DNA of 62,517 nucleotides, counting the filler, from a bacterium (lineage in GTDB: Bacteria > UBP15 > UBA6099 > JAJRTR01), in assembly GCA_024278215.1 (NCBI GenBank). It is 4 parts of 4 records of this genome, joined end to end, with 100 filler letters (N's around TTAATTAATTAA, not from the genome) between each part and the next. Parts side by side here need not be neighbours in the genome. Positions count along the whole stretch, not along the records: positions 49,425 to 56,179 come from JAJRTR010000089.1; positions 56,280 to 62,517 come from JAJRTR010000095.1; 2 more parts are not named here. One strand, 5' to 3'. Positions 50,399-60,888 of this stretch are shown in pieces. Positions within the stretch are counted from its first letter, which is position 1. The number at the start of each line of letters is the position of its first letter. The notes beneath the pieces were generated by a model, which saw only the letters and a program-made list of their open reading frames with translations, searched no databases and was not told the origin of the DNA. Both the position numbers and the translations under genes were made by a program.

Positions 50399-50747
50399 AA
50401 GATACCTCCAGAGGGTGGTGCCGGAATACGATCCGGTGGCTATGTGAAGAGTGCTGAATGTTATACTTACTGAATCATGCCCTGCAGGTCGACACGCCCG
50501 TCGAAAACTTGACGATGTTATTCAGAACAATTAAGGAAATTATTAACCCGCATATTTTCCAATGCGGGCAAAAAAGGTGATTTCAAGTGCTCGCGCTTCA
50601 TCTTCCGCACAAAATTTCAGGACAAGGCGCAGGTTCCTGCTTCGCCGTATGCGACAACATGTTATCGCAAAAAAAGGATGACTCGACATTCGACCGCAGC
50701 CGAATCAGAATTTCACAATTGGCTCTAACATATATATCGTTGCCGGA

Positions 50748-51545
50748 TCAGCCTTCGGAGCCTGTATCCTTGTTCTTTCCTGTTTGCGGAATCGAATCCA
50801 TATTGAAGGAAGGGCATTCGAGATATGATTTTGGCGCGTATGAATCTGTGTTGGCTACGATCAGGCAGGGATCGGAATTAAGGGTTTTCGCCGTTATAAG
50901 ATATGAACTCTCGCCTGTCATTTCAATGTTTAGTTCTTCACATGTCATTTCATTAAGATCGGGCATCACTTTCAGGAGAGCGGCGACGGAGGCGGCATAC
51001 TCGCCACGCATCTGTCTTGTTTTTTCCTCGGCTATTGCAGCGTCCATCACGGATTCAAGGCAACTCATGAATATCCGACTTTCAACTTTCTGATCGAAAT
51101 CTTTGAATCCTGTTTTCCTGACGCGCCAGATATCGTCCTCTTTGACAAGCTTGAATATTTTTTCAGAGACCTGTTTTTTCGTTCTGCGCGCGAAAGCCCC
51201 GTCGACTTTTGGAATGAATCTGTATAATATTTTTACTTCGGCATTCTTTGCATCGGAGCTGACCGGGAGCGCCTTATACTTGTCGATCTTCATGCTCGAG
51301 TTGATATTTTTTACAAATTCTTCGACCAGACCGGGTGTAATTTCCGCAGAAAAATATGCGTCGATCCCCGTGAGTTCTCCCGTCTGGATAGCGGTGAACA
51401 CACGTTCGACAATACGTTCCGGGGTGAAATCTTTTCCGCCCGGTATTGCCCTGGCATCCAGTGTTTCTTTCTGAGCGCAGCCTGCAAGCGCAATAAACGC
51501 AGTTATTGTAATTGCCATAATAAATTTTGTTGTGGATCGGCTCAT
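50748..51545 (-). CDS. Hypothetical lipoprotein
   Basis: Lipobox LAGC; GGAGG RBS. Confidence 0.65.
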   Translation of the reverse strand: MSRSTTKFIMAITITAFIALAGCAQKETLDARAIPGGKDFTPERIVERVFTAIQTGELTGIDAYFSAEITPGLVEEFVKNINSSMKIDKYKALPVSSDAKNAEVKILYRFIPKVDGAFARRTKKQVSEKIFKLVKEDDIWRVRKTGFKDFDQKVESRIFMSCLESVMDAAIAEEKTRQMRGEYAASVAALLKVMPDLNEMTCEELNIEMTGESSYLITAKTLNSDPCLIVANTDSYAPKSYLECPSFNMDSIPQTGKNKDTGSEG

Positions 51546-51682
51546 CTTTGCCTCCAGGGTATTCAGCGTAATATTACAATAAACTTGTGCTGATGTAAGG
51601 TATTCATAAACATTATATAAAATGCACGGTTTCAGATGATAATTTTAATCTGATTTGCAATTCCAATCAAGATGCGGCGAAC

Positions 51683-52438
51683 CTATATTCCACTCCCGAG
51701 CCTCTGCCCGTGTAGTGGCGGCAGACCAGCGTCTATGATCTTTTTACGTGTCTTGCTGAAATCATACTCGAACCGGATGAAATTGATACTGTTTCCAATG
51801 TCGTCCCACTCGATAAAACATCCTTTCGATGTTCCATCTCTGGGCTGTCCCACGCTGCCGACATTACAAATCATCGCTTCCCCATGTCGCAGTTTCACAG
51901 AGCAGGCGTCGCTGTCGCAGTTTATTTGTTTTATTCCGCCGTCCATATCTTTCAGCCAGTAACAAGCCTTGTGGGTGTGGCCGATAAAAGCATAAATCAC
52001 TCCTCGACTGCTCATGCTGTCGAATACTTCACCGGCCTGCACGTCCGTCATAATATAATCATCCTTGTCGTCGGGGCTGCCGTGAACAAGAATAGCTTTC
52101 CCGAGCGAAGAGTCCACCCAGAGAAAATCTCCAAGTGTTCTTAGATAGTTTTTATTATCTTCCGTAAGCACACTGCGTGCCCACAGGATAGAGCGTCTCG
52201 CGTCCGGATTGAAATTCACTGGTTCATATCTTCCAAGCACAACATCGTCGTGGTTGCCCGTTACGGAAGGTATCTCTCTTTCTCTCATTATTTCTACACA
52301 ACGGTTGGGATCGGCCCCATATCCTACTGTGTCGCCAAGGTTGAATATCCTGTCGTATTCCATCTCGTCGGCTATTTTTAGAAAAGCCTCGAAAGCTTCC
52401 AGATTTGCGTGTACGTCTGAAAAAATGATGATCTTCAT
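51683..52438 (-). CDS. Calcineurin-like metallophosphoesterase
   Basis: SDVHAN, LGDTVGYG, GNHD, HGSP, GHTH, NVGSVGQPRD. Confidence 0.92.
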   Translation of the reverse strand: MKIIIFSDVHANLEAFEAFLKIADEMEYDRIFNLGDTVGYGADPNRCVEIMREREIPSVTGNHDDVVLGRYEPVNFNPDARRSILWARSVLTEDNKNYLRTLGDFLWVDSSLGKAILVHGSPDDKDDYIMTDVQAGEVFDSMSSRGVIYAFIGHTHKACYWLKDMDGGIKQINCDSDACSVKLRHGEAMICNVGSVGQPRDGTSKGCFIEWDDIGNSINFIRFEYDFSKTRKKIIDAGLPPLHGQRLGSGI

Positions 52439-52550
52439 TTCTTATGTTCTCTGTCGTCTCTGCTTAATGTGTCGCCGCAATTGCTCGCACAGTGAAAAAC
52501 AAATAACGCTTGCGACAAAAAAACGACGTATCGTCTCCTCGACAAATCGT

Positions 52551-54152
52551 CTATTGCTGCATCTCGATCATGCTCTCGTCCGGCAGTCCGATGTTTTCTC
52601 TGACGGAGTCCGGGCCCTTGTCGGTCAGGCCGCTGGGCATCTTGTATTCAGGTGCCTTGAAAATACCGCCGGGCATCTGTGGTCCGCCGGAGCCTTTCAG
52701 CAACTCGAAGGCATGAACCGCCCTGTCCTGTTCTTCGTTCGCTTCCTCGACCAGCCCGAGTTTCGAATAAATCTGGCCGAGTGTCTGGTGGAGATTATAG
52801 TCGAGTTTGGAGAGGTCAGACGCTTTTCTGAACTCCGCAAGACCTTTCTCATGCTCGCCCACTTCCATATACGCGCGGCCCATAGCAAAGAAAAGTTTCG
52901 GGTCTGTCGGTGCCTCTTCCGTCGCCATGCGCAATTCCCTCAGCGCTTCCGAATACCTTTTCTGCCTCGCGTATATCATCGAGATATCTATATGGTAATA
53001 CGGTGCGCCCTCTTTATCTGTTTTTATGGCTTCCCTGTATGCCTTTACCGCCTCATCCATTCTGCCCATATTCCTGAGTTTGTTTGCCTTGATCACCGGC
53101 TGATATATTTTTATATCATCATTCTCCTCGAGTTTCCTGAGTCGCTGATAGAACCAGCCTACAAAGTCCGCCTTCTGTTTCCTTATGATTACTGCTTTCT
53201 TCGCGACTTTTCTGAAGTTGCGGAATCTTGCGCCGTCCGGGTCCAGCACATTAATACATTTTATTATGTGCAGTCCCTGGCTTGTAGCAAACGGCTCTGA
53301 TATTTCGCCCGGCTGCATTCTTTTAGCAATATCCCAGAAAAGCGGTACAACCGATCTCATTGTTATCCAGCCGATATAGCCGCCTTCCGCGCCGTATGCT
53401 TCCTGCGAATATTTCTTTGCCAATTTAGCAAAATCAGCGCCTTGCTTCAACTGCTCATACACCTTCCATGCCTTATTATACTGTTTCTTGTTGGCATAAT
53501 TTATATCACTTCCCGAAGATTGGCTCTCATTATAGATGAAAAAAATCTGCCTCAACTCGACACGTGGCAGATTCGCCTCGACCTCTACGTCCGATACGGT
53601 ATAGTGTTCTTCAGGGAAAAGATGCTTTGCCAGCTTGTCTTCATATATTTCGTATTTAAGATATTCGAGAAATTCCTCTTCCTGTCTGAACCCGAGTGTG
53701 CTCCACAGGTGCGAATACATCGCTTCGGCGTCAGGCACAGTGCTTGTGGGGGCGGCATCCTTCTTCATATATTTCGCCTGTTTCTCAAGGTATAAGATAA
53801 TCCCGCTCTTCTTCTTCATTATATCCTCGGCGGTGACCACAACACCTTCTTCACCTGCACTGATAGCCAGTATCTTGTCGAAGAGCATACCTCTGAATAC
53901 CGACAGCATTACACCTTCCTTGTCTGCTGAAGACAGTCTGCCGGTGACCGCTATCAACCTTGTCAGTCGCCTGTTCACCGCCGCCGTGAACTCGAACGCT
54001 GTTATCTGCCTGCCTTTGACTTCAGCAATGATATTCGGGGTTCTGACAACATCCTCCGATCCCCAGTACTTCGCGAAAATCGCAAAACCAGCAACCAGTA
54101 CAAGCAGTCCCAACACCTGGAACCATCGTTTTTTCAATACATCTACCATCAT
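52551..54152 (-). CDS. Membrane-anchored SurA/PrsA-like parvulin PPIase with C-terminal TPRs
   Basis: N-terminal TM; GADFAKLAKKYSQ, GGYIGW, GEISEPFAT..GLHII; TPR helices. Confidence 0.82.
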   Translation of the reverse strand: MMVDVLKKRWFQVLGLLVLVAGFAIFAKYWGSEDVVRTPNIIAEVKGRQITAFEFTAAVNRRLTRLIAVTGRLSSADKEGVMLSVFRGMLFDKILAISAGEEGVVVTAEDIMKKKSGIILYLEKQAKYMKKDAAPTSTVPDAEAMYSHLWSTLGFRQEEEFLEYLKYEIYEDKLAKHLFPEEHYTVSDVEVEANLPRVELRQIFFIYNESQSSGSDINYANKKQYNKAWKVYEQLKQGADFAKLAKKYSQEAYGAEGGYIGWITMRSVVPLFWDIAKRMQPGEISEPFATSQGLHIIKCINVLDPDGARFRNFRKVAKKAVIIRKQKADFVGWFYQRLRKLEENDDIKIYQPVIKANKLRNMGRMDEAVKAYREAIKTDKEGAPYYHIDISMIYARQKRYSEALRELRMATEEAPTDPKLFFAMGRAYMEVGEHEKGLAEFRKASDLSKLDYNLHQTLGQIYSKLGLVEEANEEQDRAVHAFELLKGSGGPQMPGGIFKAPEYKMPSGLTDKGPDSVRENIGLPDESMIEMQQ

Positions 54153-54378
54153 GTCTCCATGTCGTTTTTTCGAGGCTGAACTATTTTAACACACTCACTG
54201 TTTTTATGCTACATAACGACTTTATCCGCATTATTCTCTGCCTTATCATCATCATCCAAGCAGATCATTCCTGCCTGGTTTTATAATATGAACTTTTATG
54301 ATATTTTGCAATCGGCTCTTAAGGATGTTCTGTTTTTTTGCCGATGTCCTTTCATTTGTTATAATACATATTTTAGTT

Positions 54379-55398
54379 ATGACAATGCCGATAATATACA
54401 TCATCTTTTCTTTGTCAGTTGTCGTTGCGGTACTCTTCATTTACGTTTACAGACATGTGGCCTGTGAACTGTCGGTTTTTAATAATAGAATCAAACCGCT
54501 CGAGCTCAAACTGCTTACAGCGAATATCGGCAATGTGAATATTCGAAGAGCCGTGCACCGCTTCAAACTCAGCGACGATGAAACAGTGGTCTTAAAACAG
54601 AATATAGAAAAACTGTCGCCGGATATAATATTCCTGCAGGAACTCGCGTCTGAAAAACAGGTCGGGATGCTTGTCGACCATGATCACTATTTGACTCACT
54701 ATTCTTTCGACTGTTGCATTGCGGTCAGAAAAGGTGTATTCAGCAGGTTGATCAATGTCGAGACCGACCCCGGGTCCGACGGTTATATGCACTGCCGTGC
54801 TCTTGTCGCCGAAAGAGGATACGAGCTGTCTCTTCTGAATGTTCATACAACTAGCTTCTTCAGTGATCCCAGCTTTAATAAATGCGGTGAACAGATAAAA
54901 AATATGTTCAACTTAATACGCAAAGAGTGCGACAAAAGCAGGAGAATCATTGTTGCCGGCGATTTCAATTTCGATCCTTACCGGTTCGATAGATTTTCTG
55001 AAAAAGTTGCTGGAACTGAAAAACAATCGGAACTCAAGTCGCTGCTCGAAGGATTATTGTATTCGAAGCTTAAGGTGCTGCTCGAAGGATGGAATAAAGA
55101 ATTCAGGGAACTGCACCCGGGCGGACTGCGTGTTGTCAGCACCGAAAAGCCCACATGGTGTCTGGGATATAAATTCTCGCTTGATCACGTGATGACAAAT
55201 CTCAAAACACGCAACTGCTCTGTGCTCGACTCTGAAGACAACCGCATTGATATTGACCACGAATATGAACTGGTGTCTATGCCTGAGCGGTTTATGGACC
55301 ACCGCGCTGTCTCCGCGGCATTACTCCTTGATTTCGATCCCGATACATTAATTACATTGAAGAAAAAGATACTTTATATGCTTGCGAAGAGACATTGA
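54379..55398 (+). CDS. Endonuclease/exonuclease/phosphatase family protein
   Basis: LLTANI, PDIIFLQE, LNVH, IVAGDFN, LDHV, DHRAV; N-terminal TM; start uncertain. Confidence 0.82.
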   Translation: MTMPIIYIIFSLSVVVAVLFIYVYRHVACELSVFNNRIKPLELKLLTANIGNVNIRRAVHRFKLSDDETVVLKQNIEKLSPDIIFLQELASEKQVGMLVDHDHYLTHYSFDCCIAVRKGVFSRLINVETDPGSDGYMHCRALVAERGYELSLLNVHTTSFFSDPSFNKCGEQIKNMFNLIRKECDKSRRIIVAGDFNFDPYRFDRFSEKVAGTEKQSELKSLLEGLLYSKLKVLLEGWNKEFRELHPGGLRVVSTEKPTWCLGYKFSLDHVMTNLKTRNCSVLDSEDNRIDIDHEYELVSMPERFMDHRAVSAALLLDFDPDTLITLKKKILYMLAKRH

Positions 55399-55524
55399 TA
55401 TTCATTGTCGAGTAAAAACCCCAATCATTTCCAGTATGCTTTATTACGCTTCCACCATTGCAGGCGGGAACACACGGGATGAGCGATCCATCATTTACTA
55501 TTGCGACTATATTGCGGCATTCGA

Positions 55525-55983
55525 TCAGAAATCAGGGTTCCTGAGACTTGTAGTCCTGCTCATCAATGTCTGGTAAGGAGTAATATTGAAAATGTCCCAG
55601 GCGACCAGGCTGCCGGCCTGTATGTTTGCCGTAAAAGCCGCATCAGGTATATAGAACCAGTAAATGGAAAAGATGAATCTCGCAATACCCCAGCCGACAC
55701 AAAAACCTAAAATCGCTCCGAAAACACCTTCTAACGAATCGATCGGATGGATTTTTGTAGCTCCATAGAACAATACTCCCGCTATGGTAAGGACAATAAA
55801 TATCCCAAGAAATGTTGCAATGTATGAGCCCTTTGAAGCTTCATTCAACAGCATTCTATCGGTGACCTGAAATGCAAGGACTATGCCTCCGAATGAGAAA
55901 CCTGCTCTCACTGTACCCAGAACAATGCCGAACACCGTAAACAGTACTATCATTCCTATCCCGACGACATCTGCCGAATTCAT
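55525..55983 (-). CDS. CvpA-like membrane protein
   Basis: Four TM segments, IDSLEGVFGAILG; GGAGG upstream of ATG 55983. Confidence 0.55.
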   Translation of the reverse strand: MNSADVVGIGMIVLFTVFGIVLGTVRAGFSFGGIVLAFQVTDRMLLNEASKGSYIATFLGIFIVLTIAGVLFYGATKIHPIDSLEGVFGAILGFCVGWGIARFIFSIYWFYIPDAAFTANIQAGSLVAWDIFNITPYQTLMSRTTSLRNPDF

Positions 55984-56046
55984 AGCATGTTCCTCCGTTA
56001 CCCTGTTATTTCCCTCACTCACTCTGAATAACTCTATAGTGATATC

Positions 56047-56179
56047 GAGCCAATTGCAAAATTCTGATTCGGCTGCGGTCGGCTGCAATTGTACATAGCT
56101 GCGTTGTCGGCACAAAATCATCCTCAACGTACTCGGCGAGTACGCCTGCGGGGATTTTGCACCTCCGCCTTGCTTCTGA
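56047..56179 (-). mobile_element. MITE family A, partial copy at contig end
   Basis: GAGCCAATTGCAAAATTCTGATTCGG... cut by the gap. Confidence 0.82.
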
Positions 56180-56279
56180 NNNNNNNNNNNNNNNNNNNNN
56201 NNNNNNNNNNNNNNNNNNNNNNNTTAATTAATTAANNNNNNNNNNNNNNNNNNNNNNNNNNNNNNNNNNNNNNNNNNNN
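56180..56279. other. Artificial contig junction
   Basis: N run with TTAATTAATTAA. Confidence 0.97.
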
Positions 56280-56393
56280 CCTGAGGCATTCACTTCCCGA
56301 ATTTCTCTTTGCCGGGGATAATCAGGCCGACCTTGCGTTATTCATCCTCGAAAACGCCGACCCTGGTAGATTACCTGACTTTCGCCTTGCAGC

Positions 56394-56909
56394 TTGATGG
56401 TAAACTTGGTACTGTCCAGACCTAAAGTAAGGTTATTTCAATATCATAGATTTGAAAAATCATGGAATTGGAGCAAAGAAACTGATACTGAATATGATTT
56501 CTCAATCTCTGGACGGCCTGATGAAACAGTACAAGAAAACGTAGAAATCGGTATATGTTTTGAAATATCTCAAGTAGTACACAATGATGATATTTGTGTG
56601 CTTGAAGGTGATATAAACCATACTATCAGACTTTCTATTCCAAACCCAGATCCTCTCTGGTTGGATGAAGAACGACAGCTACTTGAAATCACAAAAAAAA
56701 TACACAGCATATATTATAGTTGTCTGAGAATATTCCCCAATGTATCTAAATGGCATCTTTTCTGCGCAGTTCCTGCTCCAGTAGCTGTATCTATAGGACA
56801 GCAAATCAATCCGACAATGTTTCCTCCCATACAACTATATGAGTTTGTGAAAACGAGAGAGAAAAGTTATTCTCCTTCTCTACTGCTTAAAGGTGATTCA
56901 ATTGGATAG
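56394..56909 (+). pseudogene. 5'-truncated SAVED-domain protein (CBASS-type sensor fragment)
   Basis: VRLFQYHR..SWNW and HLFCAVPAPVAVSIGQ..PIQLYEF; AT-rich; in-frame TGA just upstream at 56376. Confidence 0.65.
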
Positions 56910-57365
56910 CACAGTAGAAACTATAGCAGAATAGTAGGAGAGCGATTAAAGTGTTTCCAGACTTAATTGTGACCATTTTATCCGAGCCAATAGACTATTC
57001 TCAAATTGTAATTCACGTCCTGCCCCTGCCCCTTACCCTTCCGCTCTGTGCATAATTTTAGGTCTGACCCCAATGCGCACCAATGCGCACTCAGCATATT
57101 TTACCAATGCGAGCCGCAACCGGGAAATTACTTGCAAAACAGAGACAGAAAAGGTAATGTTAAAATCGCAACACTGTAGAAATAAATTGGTTACCACCGG
57201 ACTTGTGCGTTTTTGAAAAACGAGATGTCTCGCTTCGTTCGTTATGACGGCAACCTGCGTGATGTAAGATTGTAATTCCGAGACGGAGCCGAGGAATCTC
57301 CTGCTTATATGCAACAAAACATATAAAACGCACCGGTTCGGTTGTATGGCCGATTACGGAGTCCC

Positions 57366-59225
57366 ATGAGTAAAAGAGCAAAGGGCCAATGTGCCGCGTT
57401 ACGTGTGTATTATGTGCTTGTTGTTCTGTCGTTTCTTTTCAGCTTTTCCAAACAGAATATATGTGCGTCCGAAGATTCCGGGAGCACAACCAATGCCGCG
57501 CTCGACATTGGTAAAATTGTTGTCACTTCAGACAAAGCGCCATCCGGTTATTTAGGTGATAGCCGGGACATCGAGATTATTTACAGCAATGAAATAAAGA
57601 ACCAGCCGGTGAACTCCATTCCTGAATTGCTTGAGAACATTGCGGGCATAGATGTAGGGCAGCGTGGTCCGAACGGTGTACAGGCCGATATTCACGTCAG
57701 GGGTTCCGGATTCAACCAGGTTGCAATCCTGCTTAACGGCGTCAATGTGAACGATGCGCAGACGGGACACCATAATATGGATATTCCCGTCAGCCTGGAG
57801 GACATTGACAGAATCGAGATAATGCGCGGTCGGGGGTCCGCCCTGTATGGGCCTGATGCCGTGAGCGGAGTGATAAATATAATTACAAAGAAACCAGCCG
57901 AGAGAAACATTGTTATTAATATGTCGTCAGGAAAGTTTAAAACCGGCAGTATCGGGTTCCGAACAGAAAGCGCCGGCAATGTAATTTCCGTGAAGCAGTC
58001 GGAGTCCGGCGGGCACAGGCCTGATACGGACTACAGGAACACATCAATTTTTGTGGAAAGCAGTCTTAGCCTCGGGACGCAGGATGTACGCGCAATTGTC
58101 GGTTATGACAACAAGCTTTTCGGCGCGGAGAGTTTCTATGTAGACAACTGGGCTTCGCGAGAACACACGCGAACAGGTTTCATCAATTTAAAAAGCAGTT
58201 TCAAAACGAATCGCGGAAGGACACTGAATGCCGATGTTTATCATCGCAGACATCGCGACAGGTTTCTCTGCGACGTACTGAATCCCTCGGTCTGCAACAA
58301 TAGCCATCTTACTGAGAAATCCGGTTCGGAACTGTTGTACTCGTTTCCATTGTCGAGCGGCAGAGGCTCGTTAAATGCTGGGCTCCAGGTGGAGAACGAC
58401 CGAATTATAAGTTCGAATATGGGGAATCATTCGCGCGACCGGGCGTCTTTGTATGTTCACAGGTCAGAAACGGTTTCAGAGAGAATGCGCCTGGATGCCG
58501 GTGTCCGGGCGGATAAGTGCACAGAATACGATTACAACTGGTCATGGACACTCGGAATGAGCTACATGACCGGTCTGCATACGAACATAAGCACGTCATT
58601 CGGAAAATCATTCAGGCTGCCGACATTCACGGAACTTTTCTATAGTGATCCGGCCCATGTTTCGAACTCGAACCTGGCACCTGAAGATTCATATTCCGGT
58701 GAAGTCGCTATGAAATATGTGCAGGGCGCTTTCGTCCTCGAATCGACTGTTTTCAGGAGAGTTGTCGACAGTCTGATCGACTGGACCAGGACGGACCCCG
58801 CAGCGTCATGGAAAATCAGGAACAATGGAAGCGGGCGTTTCAGCGGAATCAGCAACAGTATAATTTATAACATTAATGATTCATTATACTGGACACTCTC
58901 CCATGATTACCTTCGCGTTGCAATGGGTGACAACCTGGAATACAAATATGCAGCGTCGATGCCGGAAAACCAGCTCAGGCTCGGTATGACATGGCAGGCG
59001 GCCGGTGGGATCTCGTTTGATGTCAGAACAAGATATGAAAAATTGCCGGTCGGCAGGAGCGTATCTCTTGCGGATATAAAAATCACAAAACGGAAAAAGA
59101 AAGACGAGTGCTACCTGATGATAAGAAACCTTTTCAACAGGCAATATGAGGATGTCGCCGGTGCGCCTATGCCGGGTTTTTCGGCTGAGACAGGCATTCG
59201 GTGGCGCTTCACTCCGGCCAGGTGA
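57366..59225 (+). CDS. TonB-dependent receptor (BtuB-like)
   Basis: IVVTS, plug (ELLENIAG, VRGSG, ILLNG, IDRIEIMRG.GSALYG.DAVSGVINIITK), NLAPE, RNLFNRQY. Confidence 0.9.
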   Translation: MSKRAKGQCAALRVYYVLVVLSFLFSFSKQNICASEDSGSTTNAALDIGKIVVTSDKAPSGYLGDSRDIEIIYSNEIKNQPVNSIPELLENIAGIDVGQRGPNGVQADIHVRGSGFNQVAILLNGVNVNDAQTGHHNMDIPVSLEDIDRIEIMRGRGSALYGPDAVSGVINIITKKPAERNIVINMSSGKFKTGSIGFRTESAGNVISVKQSESGGHRPDTDYRNTSIFVESSLSLGTQDVRAIVGYDNKLFGAESFYVDNWASREHTRTGFINLKSSFKTNRGRTLNADVYHRRHRDRFLCDVLNPSVCNNSHLTEKSGSELLYSFPLSSGRGSLNAGLQVENDRIISSNMGNHSRDRASLYVHRSETVSERMRLDAGVRADKCTEYDYNWSWTLGMSYMTGLHTNISTSFGKSFRLPTFTELFYSDPAHVSNSNLAPEDSYSGEVAMKYVQGAFVLESTVFRRVVDSLIDWTRTDPAASWKIRNNGSGRFSGISNSIIYNINDSLYWTLSHDYLRVAMGDNLEYKYAASMPENQLRLGMTWQAAGGISFDVRTRYEKLPVGRSVSLADIKITKRKKKDECYLMIRNLFNRQYEDVAGAPMPGFSAETGIRWRFTPAR

Positions 59226-59364
59226 TGGAAGGCTCCTGTGAACAGTTGCCGCGGACAGACGCCGAAATAATAACACATGGAAAAACGCGGCATCCGGAAA
59301 ACGAGTGGACACTTTCCGGGTTTCAGAGGTAATCAGGAAAGTTTCTGGCGATAATTGCCCGGGC

Positions 59365-60813
59365 TCAGGTGCGCCAGAATCGCGGTGAGAAGAGCACCAG
59401 CACGGTGTAGAGTTCGAGCCGCCCGGCGAGCATCGCGAAGCTCAACATTACTTTCACCGGGACAGGCAGCCATGCGAAATTCTGAACTGCGCCGACTCTG
59501 TTGAGGCCGGGGCCGATGTTCCAGAGTGTCGCAGCGGTGGCCGAAAACGAGGTTTCGATGTCGATCCCGAAACAGGTCACAAAGAGTGTGATACCGGTGA
59601 AGAGCATAATAGCGAGTCCGAAGAAGCCGAGCACCTGGTCGCGTATGCCTTTTTCCACTGTGTGGTCACCCACCCTGAGGGACAGGATGGCTGTCGGGTG
59701 GAACATCTTGTATATTTGCTGTGAAAGATATTTGTAAACTACGATCACGCGGAACATCTTCATTCCGCCGCCGGTCGAGCCGGTGCATCCGCCCGCGAAC
59801 ATAAGCACAATCAGCAGCAGCCGCACAAACTGCGGCCACTGGTCGAAGTCCTGCGTGCAGAAACCCGTTGTGGTCGTGATTGAAACAACCTGGAAAGCCG
59901 CGTGGCGAATCGTTTCAAGGCTGTCGTAATACTTCACGAAGTATAGTGCGACGGTGATCAGTGCAGTACATATCAGCATGGCGGCGGCATAGAATTTCCA
60001 CTCGAAGTCCTTCGCGAATATATCGACTTTACGTGTGATAAGCATGTAGTAGTACAGGCCGAAGTTGGTGCCTGCGAGAAACATGAAAACGATTATCACC
60101 CAGTCGACATAAGCGGAGTTGAAAAATGCGATGCTCTCATTGTGTGAAGAGAAACCGCCCGTGGCCATTGTGCTGAAAGAGTGCAGCAGCGCTTCGTAGA
60201 AAGAGAGTCCGCCCGCCATGAGCAGGAAGGTTTCCACAATCGTGATGGCGACATATATGAGCCAGAGTTTCTGTGCGGTGTCCTGGATGCGCGGCCTGAT
60301 GCCGGTGCGGTAGACGCCGGGGGCTTCGGAGTGGAACATTGACTTGCCGCCTGTGCCGAAGAACGAAAACAGAGCAACGACAAGCACTATGATCCCCATG
60401 CCACCCAGCCACTGCGCCTGGCTGCGCCATAACAGGATGCAGCGCGGTATCTGCGTCAGGTCGGTGATGACGGTCGAGCCTGTGGTGGTGAAGCCGGAGA
60501 TTGCCTCGAAGTAGGCGTCTACCGGGTTGGGCAGCGAGCCCGCGAAGATGAACGGAAGGCAGCCGAGCAGCGCGGCCCCGGCCCATGCGAAGGTCACTAT
60601 GAAGTAGCCTTCTTTTCGGAAAACCTCTTCGGTCGTTTTGTAGAAGGGGATCAACAGCGCCAGCCCGGCGGTTATAGATACTGCCATTGCCGCCACAAGA
60701 GAATAAGCCGCGGTCTCTTTAAAAACGATACCGAAACCGATTGGCAGCAACATCGAGATGCCGACGATAATATATATGATTCCGAGAAATTTCAGGGATA
60801 TTCTAAAGTTCAT
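59365..60813 (-). CDS. trkH: Trk potassium uptake membrane protein TrkH
   Basis: FEAISGFTTTGS, QWLGGMG, MATGGFS, TTTGF, GSTGGG, NIGPG, GRLE. Confidence 0.96.
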   Translation of the reverse strand: MNFRISLKFLGIIYIIVGISMLLPIGFGIVFKETAAYSLVAAMAVSITAGLALLIPFYKTTEEVFRKEGYFIVTFAWAGAALLGCLPFIFAGSLPNPVDAYFEAISGFTTTGSTVITDLTQIPRCILLWRSQAQWLGGMGIIVLVVALFSFFGTGGKSMFHSEAPGVYRTGIRPRIQDTAQKLWLIYVAITIVETFLLMAGGLSFYEALLHSFSTMATGGFSSHNESIAFFNSAYVDWVIIVFMFLAGTNFGLYYYMLITRKVDIFAKDFEWKFYAAAMLICTALITVALYFVKYYDSLETIRHAAFQVVSITTTTGFCTQDFDQWPQFVRLLLIVLMFAGGCTGSTGGGMKMFRVIVVYKYLSQQIYKMFHPTAILSLRVGDHTVEKGIRDQVLGFFGLAIMLFTGITLFVTCFGIDIETSFSATAATLWNIGPGLNRVGAVQNFAWLPVPVKVMLSFAMLAGRLELYTVLVLFSPRFWRT

Positions 60814-60888
60814 TTTTCACTGTCATTCGATAATATTCCGGTCTCTGAAAACATAGTCGACAACATGGAGAACACGCGCCGACACATA

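Noticed and set aside
57070..57090. Tandem CAATGCGCAC duplication
   Set aside because: Only two units; a local slippage with no further structure
56940..57365. Cobalamin riboswitch upstream of the BtuB-like receptor
   Set aside because: No recognisable B12-box or conserved GCCACTG element; the region is filled with small repeats
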